Shown here: in pieces, positions 46,304-56,989 of the stretch
Layout of the letters: each line of letters begins with the position of its first letter
Numbering within the stretch: position 1 is the first letter of the stretch
Assembly: GCA_965240325.2 (NCBI GenBank)
Contig: OZ251223.1
Location: 1,302,001 to 1,366,000 of the forward strand
Length of the DNA stretch: 64,000 nucleotides
Direction: 5' to 3'
Source of the DNA: Rebecca billardiae RCC1528
Lineage: Eukaryota; Protista; Haptophyta
Program-made: the position numbers and the translations under genes
The notes under the pieces: model-generated
The model's input: the letters and a program-made list of their open reading frames with translations, nothing else
Database searches by the model: none
What the model was told of the DNA's origin: nothing

Positions 46304-49024
46304 ATGGCCGCGGCGCGTGCGGCCGATGAGGTCGGCGGTGACGGCGCGGAGCTGCGGCGCCAAGTGCGCGCGAGTGCCCTCACGGGCGCGGCGCTCGGCG
46401 CTCTCGGCGCTCTGCCGCGCCATCACGCAGCCTCTCGCGCCGAGCTTGCCCGCGCGCTCGCCGCGCGCTCGGCGCTTGGCGCCGTGGCTGTGCCCGTGTG
46501 GGCGCACGGTGCCGTCCCGGCCGCGATCGCGCGTGCGCGGCAGGCGTCGCACGCGTCGTGCCGCGTGGTGGACTACGCGATGGGCGCGATCGGCGGGGCC
46601 ACGACCGCCGCGAGCATCGTCGCCATCGCGCGCACGCGCACCGCGCTGCCTCTGGTGCTGATCCCGCTGGCCTACGCCTTTGCCGCGTGCCAGGAGGAGT
46701 GCCAGCTGTGGCGCAGCGCGTACTCGCAGCCGTGGGAGCGCTGCGTCGGCGCGCTCGGCGCGACGGCCCCGCTCTTCGCCTTCGCCCCGACGCGCCGGCT
46801 CGCGCCCGTCCTCGCGCCCTCGCTCGTCGGCGCGCAGCTCGCGCTGAGCGCAGTGGAGGAGAGAGCTGGGGCGCGGGCGGCGCGGGCGGCGAGCGACGGC
46901 GCGCCAGACGGCGGCGTGACGGGCAGCCCCCCGCCGGCCGACGGCGCGGAGCTCGGGGCGACGCCGCCGCCCGCCGAGCCCACCGCACTCCCGTCCGAGC
47001 ACTCCGCATGCACCGGCGGAGGGTCGCGCGACGACGTGCGCGCTCGCAGGCGGGATCGGGGTCTAGCGGCCGTGCTGCGGCCGCTTGCGCCGGCGCACGC
47101 GCGCTCTCCCGCGCCAGCGGGCGCTGCGGCGCCGGCGCCATTCGGCGCCGAGGCGGCCATCCCCGCTGCCGGGCTGTGGGCCCGGCGCCCCAGCGGTGCC
47201 GGGAGCGCGGGGAGTCCTGTTGACTTTTTGACGATGTCTTATTCAGCGCTCGGCTGCAGCAGGAGTGCTCAGGCGCTCGGCTGCAGGACTGCCAGGACTG
47301 CCAGGACTGCCAGGACTGCCGCTCAACCGCTCGGCTCCGGGGCTCTCGCTCTGGCCACGGCGTGCGCCGTCGCAGAGGCAGCCTCCTCCGAGCGGCGCGA
47401 CGCGCCTGCCGCGGGCACGCTCGCGCCGCTCGACCTCGACGTGCCGGCGCCTGGCGCGTCGCGCGACGCCGCCGCCGGCAGTGCCGCGCCGGCATCGCCT
47501 GAGCTGCCACACATCGCCGCAGCACAGGCAGAGGCCGCAGCAGCGCGCGAGGAGGAGGAGGAGAGACGCCCGCTCGGGGCTGCGTGGCGTGTGGCGGCAC
47601 GCTGGCCATTCCGAACGGCGGCCGTGCCGTCGGACGCTGTGCCGGCCGGCGCGGCGCTCGCAAGCCCGGAGTCGTTGAGCTCAGACTGCGCGCAGCCGCT
47701 TGCCGACGCAGCGTCTCTCAAGGCACTGCCGGCAACGGCGCACGCGTGGCCCGCGGACGCGCGCGCGCCGGCCGATGAGCCCGAGCCGTCGGCCGAGCCG
47801 GGTGTGCTGCTTGCCGACCCAGCCGCAGCCACGGAGCTCGAGCAGGGGCGCGGCTCGCATCTCGAGCCGCCGCATCCAATGGGCGCCGCAGACGACGTGC
47901 CGCTCGGCGGCGGCGCACGCGCGCGCTCCGCACGGAGCGGTTGGCTGCCGGAGAGCGCCGCGCGAGTGCTTGGGCCCTGGGGCTGGGCACACGCACCCGC
48001 GGGCGGCGAGGCGGAGGCCGGTGCGGCCGCGCCGCTTGGTCTGCGTGCGGCGGTCGCGGTGGTGCGCGCCCTGCGCTCGCTGGGCTTGCTGAGCGTGCGC
48101 ACGCTGCCGCCCGACGCACCGCCTGCGCCGGATGCCACACGCGAGCGAGCGCGCGCCGCGGTCTCTGACGCTACCTCCTGTGCGGAGGCGCTCGCGGCAC
48201 TCGGCGGTGAGGCCGGCCGCGGCGCGGCAAGCGCGCGGCAAGCGCAGCTGCTCGGCTACCTGCGCGCGCAGCTCGGGCGCCTGCCGCGGCGCGGCGCGCT
48301 GCCGTGCCCGCCCCTCGCCTGCCCCGCGGCAGAGGCCAGCGCGCTCGCGGCGCGCTTTGCCGAGAGCGCGCGCGCGCAGCACGCGCGGCAGTGGTGGCCG
48401 TGGTGGCCGCACGCGCCAGCTGTGCCGCGACCGTCCCAGCTCGCAGACGCGCAGCTGGCACCCGCCGTGGGCGCCGCTGCCGAGGGCCGCGAGCCGTGCG
48501 CGGCTGGCGACGCGCTGTCGAGTCCGCCTGCCGCCGTGCTGCCCACTGTGCCTGCGGAGGCGCCCACAGCCGCAGGCGCGGAGGCGGCTGGCGAGGATGG
48601 CAGCGCGCTGCCGACGGAGCGTCCAGACGTGGCGGGGGCGGCAGCGCGCGCCGGGGCGGAGGGCGAGCGCACGGCGGAGGGCGAGCGCGCGGCAGGTGAG
48701 CGCAAGCCCAGCTCCGCGCGGTGGCGCGTGCTGCAGGGCGCCGTGCACCAGCTGAGGTGGCTCCCAGGCCTCTCCCTGCTGGCGAGTAGCGAGGCTGCGG
48801 CGACGGCCGCCGTGGAGGATGCCGCTCGGCTGTCGGGCGCGGGCGCCGCCGAACCGGTCGACGAGCTCGAGTGCCTCGAGCGCGCGCGTTGGATGATCAC
48901 GCAGGTCGACGGGCGCGACGCGGGCGCGCTCTACTGGGTGATCCCGTATTCCTTCTTCCGAAACTTTGCGATCAGCGACCTGCTCGGCCTTGCGTTCCTC
49001 CTCGCGGTCAAGGAGCTGGGCTGA
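46304..49024 (+). CDS. Hypothetical 906-aa Ala-rich protein with hydrophobic N- and C-terminal segments
   Basis: Long ATG-initiated ORF with codon usage like neighbouring genes; hydrophobic stretches ALPLVLIPLAYAFAA and ISDLLGLAFLLAV. No family recognised. Confidence 0.55.
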   Translation: MAAARAADEVGGDGAELRRQVRASALTGAALGALGALPRHHAASRAELARALAARSALGAVAVPVWAHGAVPAAIARARQASHASCRVVDYAMGAIGGATTAASIVAIARTRTALPLVLIPLAYAFAACQEECQLWRSAYSQPWERCVGALGATAPLFAFAPTRRLAPVLAPSLVGAQLALSAVEERAGARAARAASDGAPDGGVTGSPPPADGAELGATPPPAEPTALPSEHSACTGGGSRDDVRARRRDRGLAAVLRPLAPAHARSPAPAGAAAPAPFGAEAAIPAAGLWARRPSGAGSAGSPVDFLTMSYSALGCSRSAQALGCRTARTARTARTAAQPLGSGALALATACAVAEAASSERRDAPAAGTLAPLDLDVPAPGASRDAAAGSAAPASPELPHIAAAQAEAAAAREEEEERRPLGAAWRVAARWPFRTAAVPSDAVPAGAALASPESLSSDCAQPLADAASLKALPATAHAWPADARAPADEPEPSAEPGVLLADPAAATELEQGRGSHLEPPHPMGAADDVPLGGGARARSARSGWLPESAARVLGPWGWAHAPAGGEAEAGAAAPLGLRAAVAVVRALRSLGLLSVRTLPPDAPPAPDATRERARAAVSDATSCAEALAALGGEAGRGAASARQAQLLGYLRAQLGRLPRRGALPCPPLACPAAEASALAARFAESARAQHARQWWPWWPHAPAVPRPSQLADAQLAPAVGAAAEGREPCAAGDALSSPPAAVLPTVPAEAPTAAGAEAAGEDGSALPTERPDVAGAAARAGAEGERTAEGERAAGERKPSSARWRVLQGAVHQLRWLPGLSLLASSEAAATAAVEDAARLSGAGAAEPVDELECLERARWMITQVDGRDAGALYWVIPYSFFRNFAISDLLGLAFLLAVKELG

Positions 49025-49279
49025 GGAGCGGTCGAGCGCCCACGTCGTGGGCGCTCGCATGACAGTTGACACTGGGCGCGGGCTGCTGTGCATGCAGTCG
49101 CGCGAGCCCATCAGCCCATCAGCTGCGCAAGCTTGGAGCCGCTTCGCAAGCAATAGGCCAATAGCCCTTGCCCAGTGCCCATGCTGCCGATTGCTGCCGC
49201 CATGCTGACGTGAGTGACGAGGTAGGCAAGGTCCAACGAACGGCCGCCCTGGCCAGCCTAGACACACACACGGGCGGGC

Positions 49280-50359
49280 CAAGGGTGGTCAGGGTCGCCG
49301 ACTCCAGTGGCGTCCGGCGCCGGAGTAGGTTCACCTCCGATTTTTTGCAGCGGCGCGGCGCGCGGGGCCGCCGCCGCTGTGGCGGGCCGCTCGGGGCGTG
49401 CACGGCGTGGGCTCGTGCGGCCGCTGCCGCGCACGCCGAGCGATTCGGCGCGGGCTCGCGGCTTGTCGATGGCCTCGCGCGCCGCAGCGCGACGCGCGCC
49501 TTGCCTAGCTTCGCCTGTCTCGCGCCTTGGCCGCCGTGCACGCGTGCGCCGCCAAACCGCAAGCTCGGCATACCTCTCAGCCGAGCGTGCACGTGCCTTG
49601 CGCGACGCGACGCGGGCATTGCCGCCAGGCGATGTAGGCGTAGTGTGAGCGCGCGCCGTGAAGCCTCAGCGCGGATCGAGAGTGTCTTCAACGTCTCGGT
49701 CAGCTGTCGACAACTGCTGACGCATCGACCACCAATGGACATCACTGTCCTCCGTTGAACGATGGGATATCGCGACGCTGCGACTCGTGAAGACTAGTCG
49801 AGCGTTGTAGCCCAAACGATGAACGCTCCTATGACGTGTGTGTGAGCCTTGCGTGACGATGCGACGTGACGATCGCCCCGGCAAGAGAGTCAGTCGTGCA
49901 GCTTTCAGCACTGCTCAACGAACAGACGGTCCACGCGCGTACGCGGCATCATTTCATTGTTCTCGATCCGCGCCGAGGCTTCACGGCGCGCGCTCACACT
50001 ACGCCTACATCGCCTGGCGGCAATGCCCGCGTCGCGTCGCGCAAGGCACGTGCACGCTCGGCTGAGAGGTATGCCGAGCTTGCGGTTTGGCGGCGCACGC
50101 GTGCACGGCGGCCAAGGCGCGAGACAGGCGAAGCTAGGCAAGGCGCGCGTCGCGCTGCGGCGCGCGAGGCCATCGACAAGCCGCGAGCCCGCGCCGAATC
50201 GCTCGGCGTGCGCGGCAGCGGCCGCACGAGCCCACGCCGTGCACGCCCCGAGCGGCCCGCCACAGCGGCGGCGGCCCCGCGCGCCGCGCCGCTGCAAAAA
50301 ATCGGAGGTGAACCTCCGGCGCCGGACGCCACTGGAGTCGGCGACCCTGACCACCCTTG
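49280..50359. mobile_element. Non-autonomous TIR DNA transposon (1,080 bp, about 400-bp TIRs, 7-bp TSD GGCGGGC), possibly P-superfamily
   Basis: 49280-49681 is the reverse complement of 49961-50359 apart from a 3-bp indel and a substitution seen. Ends CAAGGG...CCCTTG. GGCGGGC at 49273-49279 and 50360-50366. Confidence 0.85.
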
Positions 50360-50407
50360 GGCGGGCGTCCCTGGCGGAGCGCTGCGGACTTGTCTTCCTG
50401 CAGCAGG

Positions 50408-51706
50408 ATGGTGGACTTGTCCCGTCTGATGGGAAGGCTCAGGAGGCCATCGCGCGGTGGAGACGGACACGCGGCGGAAGACGAGGGCAAGTCCGCGGTG
50501 TACCCACCGTGCGCTCTACTCGAGCAGCAGATCCGCATGCTCAGCCTCGACGACGGCGAGGCACCGTCGCAAGCCGTTCAGGCGTTCAGTTCGTTGCGCT
50601 CGTGCGTCGCGCACGGCTCTGCGCTCCTGCTCCCCGAGTCACCGCGGCGGGTGCGATTCGTCCACGTGTCAGACACGCACATGCGGCACACCGATGTGCA
50701 CATCCCCGAAGGCAACGTGCTGCTGCACACGGGCGACCTCCTCGCCAACTACTCTGTCACCGCGCCTCCGGAGGAGCTGCTGGGGCAGCTGTCAGACGTG
50801 CTGGCGTGGGTGCAGCGGATGGCGCGGCGCTTCGAGCTGGTGGTCCTCATCGCGGGGAACCACGACACGCTGCTCGACGGGCGATGCTCCGTCTCACGCC
50901 GCCACCCAGAGCTGCACGCCGCCGCGCTCGCGCAGCTGGGCCGGCTGCCTCGCAACGTCGTGTACTGCAATGGCGAGCCGGCGGCGGCGGCGGCGGCGGC
51001 GGCGGAGGCCGGGGCGAGGCGCCGGCCGCGCGGCGCGGGAGGCAGCGGCAGCGACAGTGGCAGCGAGAGTGAGGTCTCAGCCGACGAGCTGGACGAGGCC
51101 TCGCTCGAGCACGCCCGGCGCGCGGGCGGCGTCCGATTCCGAGGCCTGCGGCTCTGGGGCTGTCCGGTGGGCGTGTCTCGGCTCGAGACGATGGGCTGCC
51201 GCTATCTGAGCGATGGGTTCGAGCGGCGCGCGGCCGCGCGGCTGAGGGCGTGGCGCGCGATCCCGGAGGGCCTGGACGTGCTGCTCACGCACGCGCCGCC
51301 CGCCGGCTCCGAGCTCGTCGGGCCGAGCGTCGGCGACGCTGAGCTGCAGCGCGCGATCGCTGCGCTCGCGCGCCCACCGGCGGTGCACTGCTTTGGCCAC
51401 GACCATCACCACTTTGGCCTCGCGCTGCTGGCCGAGCGGCGCGCAGCCGGTGGCGGGGACGAGGCGGACGCCGTGCGCCCGGGCATGCGCGCGCAGCTCA
51501 ACGCGTCGCAGGAGCGCGTGCTGCGCGCCGAGCGCAAGGCAGCCATGGCAGCCCAGCGCGCTGACACGGTTGGCGGCGCAGCCAGTCGCGGCGGCTGCGC
51601 GCTCGTCTTTGACTTGCTGGCGCGCGGTGCCGAAGCCCGCGATGGCGGCGAGGCCGCCAGGCTGCCGAGGCAGACTTGGATGAGCGAGCGGCTCGTTGAT
51701 GAATAA
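50408..51706 (+). CDS. Calcineurin-like metallophosphoesterase (MPPED/239FB-like)
   Basis: Motifs RFVHVSDTH, LLHTGD, IAGNHD, DVLLTHAPP and HCFGHDH; first in-frame ATG at 50408. Confidence 0.88.
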   Translation: MVDLSRLMGRLRRPSRGGDGHAAEDEGKSAVYPPCALLEQQIRMLSLDDGEAPSQAVQAFSSLRSCVAHGSALLLPESPRRVRFVHVSDTHMRHTDVHIPEGNVLLHTGDLLANYSVTAPPEELLGQLSDVLAWVQRMARRFELVVLIAGNHDTLLDGRCSVSRRHPELHAAALAQLGRLPRNVVYCNGEPAAAAAAAAEAGARRRPRGAGGSGSDSGSESEVSADELDEASLEHARRAGGVRFRGLRLWGCPVGVSRLETMGCRYLSDGFERRAAARLRAWRAIPEGLDVLLTHAPPAGSELVGPSVGDAELQRAIAALARPPAVHCFGHDHHHFGLALLAERRAAGGGDEADAVRPGMRAQLNASQERVLRAERKAAMAAQRADTVGGAASRGGCALVFDLLARGAEARDGGEAARLPRQTWMSERLVDE

Positions 51707-51915
51707 TAATGAGCTCGCCGGCCGCTGTCCGGCTGCAGCGCCGCAGTGAGTGGCAGCGCCTGGCCGAGATCCGGACTCTAATAGTAATAAGCTCAGCTAT
51801 GGCCAGGCGATACTCATCACTGCTATATATATATGTATTCGTCTAATTCGTCAATTAGATCGATATATATACTGACGAATCTCGCCTGCCTGAGCTGTGT
51901 AGTGATGCGTCGTCT

Positions 51916-51917
<2 letters not shown>

Positions 51918-51967
<50 letters not shown>
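51918..51967. repeat. (TA)n microsatellite
   Basis: About 25 TA units between convergent genes. Confidence 0.95.
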
Positions 51968-51970
<3 letters not shown>

Positions 51971-52119
51971 TGTTATTAGTAAACAATGTTAACTGGCGCG
52001 CAGTATCGCCAGGCCCCAACTTCCAATATACCGCGCCATCATCATCATCACAGATTCATCACTACGCCAGCATCAGCGCCACCGCTATATAGGACGGGTA
52101 GCAACGCGCATATCGTCGA

Positions 52120-53292
52120 CTACTCATCATCAGTGTCGCCATCAGCATGATTGGCAGCAGCAGCAGTCGTCATCACCGCCGCTGATGTGGCGCGCCACTC
52201 CGTGCATTGCGGCTTGTGCATTTTCCACGCGCTCCGCAGGTGCTCGCGGCAGCAGAAGACCGCCACGAGGCACCGCTCGCACTTCTTCACGCCACGGCCC
52301 GACTTGGCGCACACCATGCAGCACGCAGCGGCCACCTCGCGGTCTCTGGCAAAGTCGCCGAGCACCTCGCTCGGATCCACCACGGAGCCGTCAAGCTCGT
52401 GCCCGCGGCGCAGCAGCCGCACTCCCTCCGCCACGTCGCGCTGCACGGTCGCGCCTGCAAGTAGCAGGCGCGCCAATGCCGAGTGGGCTTCTGGGTCGCC
52501 GCAGTCGATGGCCAGCCGGTACCAGCGCATCGCCTCAGCCATATCCTGCGGCACGCCCTCGCCTTGTGCGTAGAGCTCACCCATGTTGTTCTGCGCAAGT
52601 GCGTAGCCCTGCTCGGCCGCCAGCCGGAACCAGCGCACTGCCTCGGCCATATCCTGCTGCACGCCCTCGCCTCGTGCGTAGCACCAGCCCAGGCTGGTCT
52701 GCGCAGCTGCAGTACCCTGCTCGGCAGCCAGCCGGTACCAGCGCATCGCCTCGGCCATATCCTGCGGCACGCCCTCGCCTCGTTCGTAGTACAGGCCCAG
52801 GATGGTCTGCGCATCTGCATTGCCCTGCTCGGCCGCCAGCCGGAACAAGCGCACTGCCTCAGCCATATCCTGCTGCACGCCCTCGCCTCGTTGGAAGCAC
52901 ATGCCCAGGTTGGTCTGCGCAGCCGCATCGCCCTGCTCGGCCGCCAGCCGGAACAAGCGCACTGCCTCGGCCATATCCTGCAGCACGCCCTCACCTCGTT
53001 TGTACAGCAAGCCCAGGCCGCACTGCGCGACTGCATTGCCCTGCTCGGCCGCCAGCCGGAACCAGCGCACCGCCTCCGCCCAATTGGCTGCGTGGAACTG
53101 GATCTCGCCCAACCGTTGCTGCGCTTGCGCAAACCCGCGATTCGCTGCGATGGCATAGAGGCGATGCGCCTCGTCGACGTCCCGCGCGACGCCGTCGCCG
53201 GATTCGGTGCGCTTCGCCAGCAGGAAGGTCGCACGTGCGTCGCCCCGCCCCGCCGCGCGCCGGAGCATGCGGACCCCGGCATCGCTCGCCAT
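52120..53292 (-). CDS. Sel1-like repeat protein with C-terminal zf-MYND, paralogue 1 (5 core repeats)
   Basis: 36-aa repeats A.AQ..LG..Y..GEGV.QDMAEAVR.FRLAAEQG; MYND motif CMVC..CERC..FCCREH..W..HK..C; ATG at 53292 matches the paralogue starts. Confidence 0.93.
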   Translation of the reverse strand: MASDAGVRMLRRAAGRGDARATFLLAKRTESGDGVARDVDEAHRLYAIAANRGFAQAQQRLGEIQFHAANWAEAVRWFRLAAEQGNAVAQCGLGLLYKRGEGVLQDMAEAVRLFRLAAEQGDAAAQTNLGMCFQRGEGVQQDMAEAVRLFRLAAEQGNADAQTILGLYYERGEGVPQDMAEAMRWYRLAAEQGTAAAQTSLGWCYARGEGVQQDMAEAVRWFRLAAEQGYALAQNNMGELYAQGEGVPQDMAEAMRWYRLAIDCGDPEAHSALARLLLAGATVQRDVAEGVRLLRRGHELDGSVVDPSEVLGDFARDREVAAACCMVCAKSGRGVKKCERCLVAVFCCREHLRSAWKMHKPQCTEWRATSAAVMTTAAAANHADGDTDDE

Positions 53293-53554
53293 CGTTGACG
53301 AGCGCCCGGGCGATGCCTCAAGCCACGGATGAAGTAGCCCAATAAGCAATTTCGGCAGGCTGACTCTTGATCCAAACGGAATAACGTAGTATGGATACGT
53401 ACCGGCATAAAGTTATATCTTGATCAGGCCGACGACAACTCTTGGAGACGATCGGAGACTCGGAGAGGCGCGCTAACGCGCCGCCCGCCGGCGCGGCCGG
53501 GCGGCGCGGCGAATCTTCCGGTCACGCGATACTGCTGAGCGGTCCTAGCCCACC

Positions 53555-55246
53555 ATGCGCGATTCGCTGCTGCGCGAGGAGGAGCGCGAGGGCGAGGGCA
53601 GCGCTCGCGAGCAGCGGCCGCGCGCCTGGACCCCCTTCGGCTCGGGCGTCCCGCTCGGCGCCGTCGTCGCCGGCTGCTGCATGAACATGATCGCGGGTGC
53701 GCCGTACGCGTTTGGCGCCTACTCGCGAGACCTGAAGCCCGTGCTCGCGCTCACGCAGCCGGAGATGGCGCACATCGGCGTCGCGTTCGACCTCGGGCTA
53801 TACCTCATCCAGCCCTTCTCCGGCACGTTCTTCGACGCCATGGGCACGCGCGTCACCGGGGCTCTCGGCGTCACGCTGCTGACGTGCGGCAACGCTGTGA
53901 TCGCGACCACGCTGCTCATGCACGCCAAGGCGGAGGGCGCGGTGGCGCCGGTGCGCACGCTGTGCGCCGCGTTCGCGGTGGTTGGCATCGGCTCGGCGCT
54001 CACCTCGGTCACCGCCCTCGGCACCAACGTCAAGCGCGCGCACATGTCCGGGCGCGCGCGCGTGATCGCCGTGCTCACCTCCTGCTTTGGGCTCGGCGCT
54101 CTGCTGGTGGTGCTCTCGCTGCCGCTGATCGTGGGGAGCGCGCCGAGCGCGCCGCGTCTCGCGGGGTTCTTCGGCACGTGGGCCGCCCTCGACGCGTGCA
54201 TCGTCGGCGGCGGCGCGCTCGTCCTCTCCGCCCTGCTCGGCGGCGCGGCGCCGCACACCATCGCACACGACGTGCCGCTGCGCCGCGGCGCGAGTATCGT
54301 GCCGCCGCTCACCGCGCGCGCGAGGCTGCTCGAGACGTGCACGCGTGGGGACTTCTGGCTGCTCGAGCTCACGCTCTTCTGCGGCTTCGGCTGCGGGCTG
54401 CTCGTGATCAACACGGTGGCCAGCTTCGTGAACAGCGCGGGAGGCACGCACGCCCACGCGCGGCTCGCCGCCGTCGCCGTGCCGCTGTGCAACTGCGGTG
54501 GCCGACTGCTCGTGGGCCTCGTGTCCGACGCGGCGCCTCGCGTGCGCCGCGGGTACTGGATGGTGTACAGCCTGGCGCTGATGTGCCTCGCGTTCGTGGT
54601 CGCGGCGTGCGCGTACGGCCCGCGCTCCGAGGGCGGCGGTGGCGTCGCGCTCGTCTTTGCGCTCGTCGGCGCGTCGACGTGCGCGTACGGCGGCGTGTGG
54701 GGCACCGCGTCGGCCGTGCTGGCAGAGTCGTACCCGCTCGCCAGCTTTGGCACGAACTTCGGCGTGACGGCGCTCACGGCGGGCGCGGCTGGGCTCGTGT
54801 TCAACGACGTGTGCGCACGTCTCTTCGAGGCAGCCACGCGGCGGCAGGGCACCGCCGAGTGCATCGGCGCAGCGTGCTTCCGGCCCGCGTTTGTGATGGC
54901 GGCCGCGTGCGCAGGCGTGGGCGTGCTGGCCGCACTCGCGCATGCGCCGCACACGCGCTATCCGGAGGAGAACCGCCCTGCGGGAGCGGGGACGAGCCGC
55001 GTGACGGCCGCCGATGACCTGGCCGGTGGCAAAGCGTCGGTGGCGCTAGCACAGCCGCCGCCCACGCGCAGATCTGTGAGCTGGGCGCTGGCGAACAAGA
55101 CCGACGATGTGGGCGGCGGCTTGTCGGCGTCGACAGGCGGGAAAGCCGCGCAGGCTCCGGCCAGCGACCAGGGCCAGGCGCCACGGCCTGCGGTGCCAAC
55201 GCCAACGGTGCGTGACATCGAAGCAGGGGATATGCCGCTGCTTTAG
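53555..55246 (+). CDS. MFS transporter, nodulin-like/NFD4/MCH1 type
   Basis: About 12 hydrophobic segments; motifs YAFGAYS..LK, DFWLL..CGFGCGLLVIN, GRLLVGLVSD, FGTNFG and CIGAACFR. Confidence 0.88.
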   Translation: MRDSLLREEEREGEGSAREQRPRAWTPFGSGVPLGAVVAGCCMNMIAGAPYAFGAYSRDLKPVLALTQPEMAHIGVAFDLGLYLIQPFSGTFFDAMGTRVTGALGVTLLTCGNAVIATTLLMHAKAEGAVAPVRTLCAAFAVVGIGSALTSVTALGTNVKRAHMSGRARVIAVLTSCFGLGALLVVLSLPLIVGSAPSAPRLAGFFGTWAALDACIVGGGALVLSALLGGAAPHTIAHDVPLRRGASIVPPLTARARLLETCTRGDFWLLELTLFCGFGCGLLVINTVASFVNSAGGTHAHARLAAVAVPLCNCGGRLLVGLVSDAAPRVRRGYWMVYSLALMCLAFVVAACAYGPRSEGGGGVALVFALVGASTCAYGGVWGTASAVLAESYPLASFGTNFGVTALTAGAAGLVFNDVCARLFEAATRRQGTAECIGAACFRPAFVMAAACAGVGVLAALAHAPHTRYPEENRPAGAGTSRVTAADDLAGGKASVALAQPPPTRRSVSWALANKTDDVGGGLSASTGGKAAQAPASDQGQAPRPAVPTPTVRDIEAGDMPLL

Positions 55247-55310
55247 CCATGCAGAAAGTACGTTCATGAGACTCCGCGACGTAGTTAGTCGTCGCCGACA
55301 AACTCTTCAT

Positions 55311-55446
55311 ATTAATAATAATAATAATAATAATATTTTATAAATTATATTAAAACGTATATAATAAATATGTATTAACGACGTGGTATGCATAATATTA
55401 ATATTAATATATATATATATACACACATATATATATATATATATAT
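55311..55446. repeat. AT-rich low-complexity tract with (AAT)n and (AT)n
   Basis: Seen directly downstream of the MFS stop codon. Confidence 0.85.
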
Positions 55447-56651
55447 CGCCGCCTATCCGGATACTATCCGGCGCATTAGCCATTACGCGCGCATATCCCC
55501 AATTCCCCAGAATCCTGGTGCATATCAGAATAATGATCGATTAATCGACGACGACTGTCAGCATCACTGACTGCTTAGAAGCTGGCGGTAGTTAGTTTAT
55601 AGTTACAGGCAATCGCGGGCAATAAGGAGCTGTCACGTTAAGAAACGGGGGCTTGCTATCTGCGGATCTGGCCTAGAAACTGAGACTAGCGATTGGCTGG
55701 TTCGCTATACGCATAGCTAGTCACACTGCTAAGATTGTATTTGTAAGAAACCGGGACTACGTCGCCCGCGGCCGATGAGACTGAGTGGTCCGCCGAGGGC
55801 CCGAGGCGCAGTGCCCGTGGGACGAGGCTCGCGGCCCGACTACGACGGTACAGGCCAAGTCCCGACTGAGTCTCCTGATGACTGACTCCTGGCCAGTGCA
55901 CCGTAGCATCCATGATTCAACATCATGCCATCAGATTTGCTCCAAAATGGCCCAAAATTTTCGTCGGCCTCGCCGCCTCCGGCCGGCCGGGCCTAAAGAC
56001 TCAGCGGGGGGCTCTGCCCCCCTGCGCCCCCCGCGCCTGCGCGGCGGGCGGACCTAGCTAAGAAACTGAGACTCCGTAGGCGCTCGGGCTACCGAACGGC
56101 TAAGAAGACCGAGACTAGCCGTGAGATCTCCATGACAATTTCTTATTGCCCGGCTTGCCCGCGAGTTGCCTGTACTGATCATTCCGATTCGCTCACAGAC
56201 ACAGTTCGGTATTCACGTCGGCGCCATATACTGTTACCAGTTTCCAGGTCTCTCTTCGGAGAGCGTGCGATGAAGGATGGCGCGGCAACCTGCCACCGTG
56301 AGCCTTACGCACGCGTTAAAACAAATAAACTGTGTCAATGTACAGCAGCGAGTACCGTCGTCGTCACTAGCTGCGTCTGCAACGAGCAGCGGACCGCCAC
56401 GTGAAACGGCGAGCACGAGCAGCAGCTGCCGGAGCAGCTCATACTGTCAACGTGGCGACGCCAGTGACCGACGAGGAAGCTCAAGCTGTGTCGTCCAGCG
56501 GATCCGATCCTACGCGATCACACGTGCAACCAGGCTGACGCGGCTCCACGTACCGACCCTCTTCATTCAAGTTGTGCTCAGCTTCACAAGCCAAACTGTC
56601 GGCATCTCCTCCGTGCGCCGCGGTGGGCCAGCGCCGAGGTCGATGCAGCCT

Positions 56652-56867
56652 TCAGAAAAGTAGAACGAACACACCCATCACGATGCAGCACATGGACACG
56701 TACGGGCTCAACCGTGTTCCGATGACGGATCCCTTGTAAACCATGGCGATCATGCCCTCCTTTTGGCGCGTGATGTATGATGGAAGCTGCGCCCGCAGGT
56801 ACGTCGACGAGCAGATGAACAGGAGGATGCACACCAAGAAGGATTGGAAGTTGAGCAACGCCGACAT
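56652..56867 (-). CDS. TMEM167: Protein kish (TMEM167/Ksh1), 71 aa
   Basis: MSALLNFQSFLVCILLFICSSTYLR..IGTRLSPYVSMCCIVMG follows the kish family pattern (MSA.FNF.S.L..ILL.IC...Y.R ... IG.R.SPYV..CC..M). Confidence 0.92.
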   Translation of the reverse strand: MSALLNFQSFLVCILLFICSSTYLRAQLPSYITRQKEGMIAMVYKGSVIGTRLSPYVSMCCIVMGVFVLLF

Positions 56868-56989
56868 GGCCGCCGGCGGCCCGCGCTCGTCGGGACAGCT
56901 CGAGTCGCGAGGCGACGAGCGATGGCGGCCGCGCTCTCAAAGCAAAAAGCCCAGCAGCAATAAAAAGCCCGCTCGGGCTAGGCGGCAGG

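Noticed and set aside
49119-51072. Mirror-image ORFs around 49.1-50.4 kb
   Set aside because: Translations of the two TIR arms, with no coding signature.
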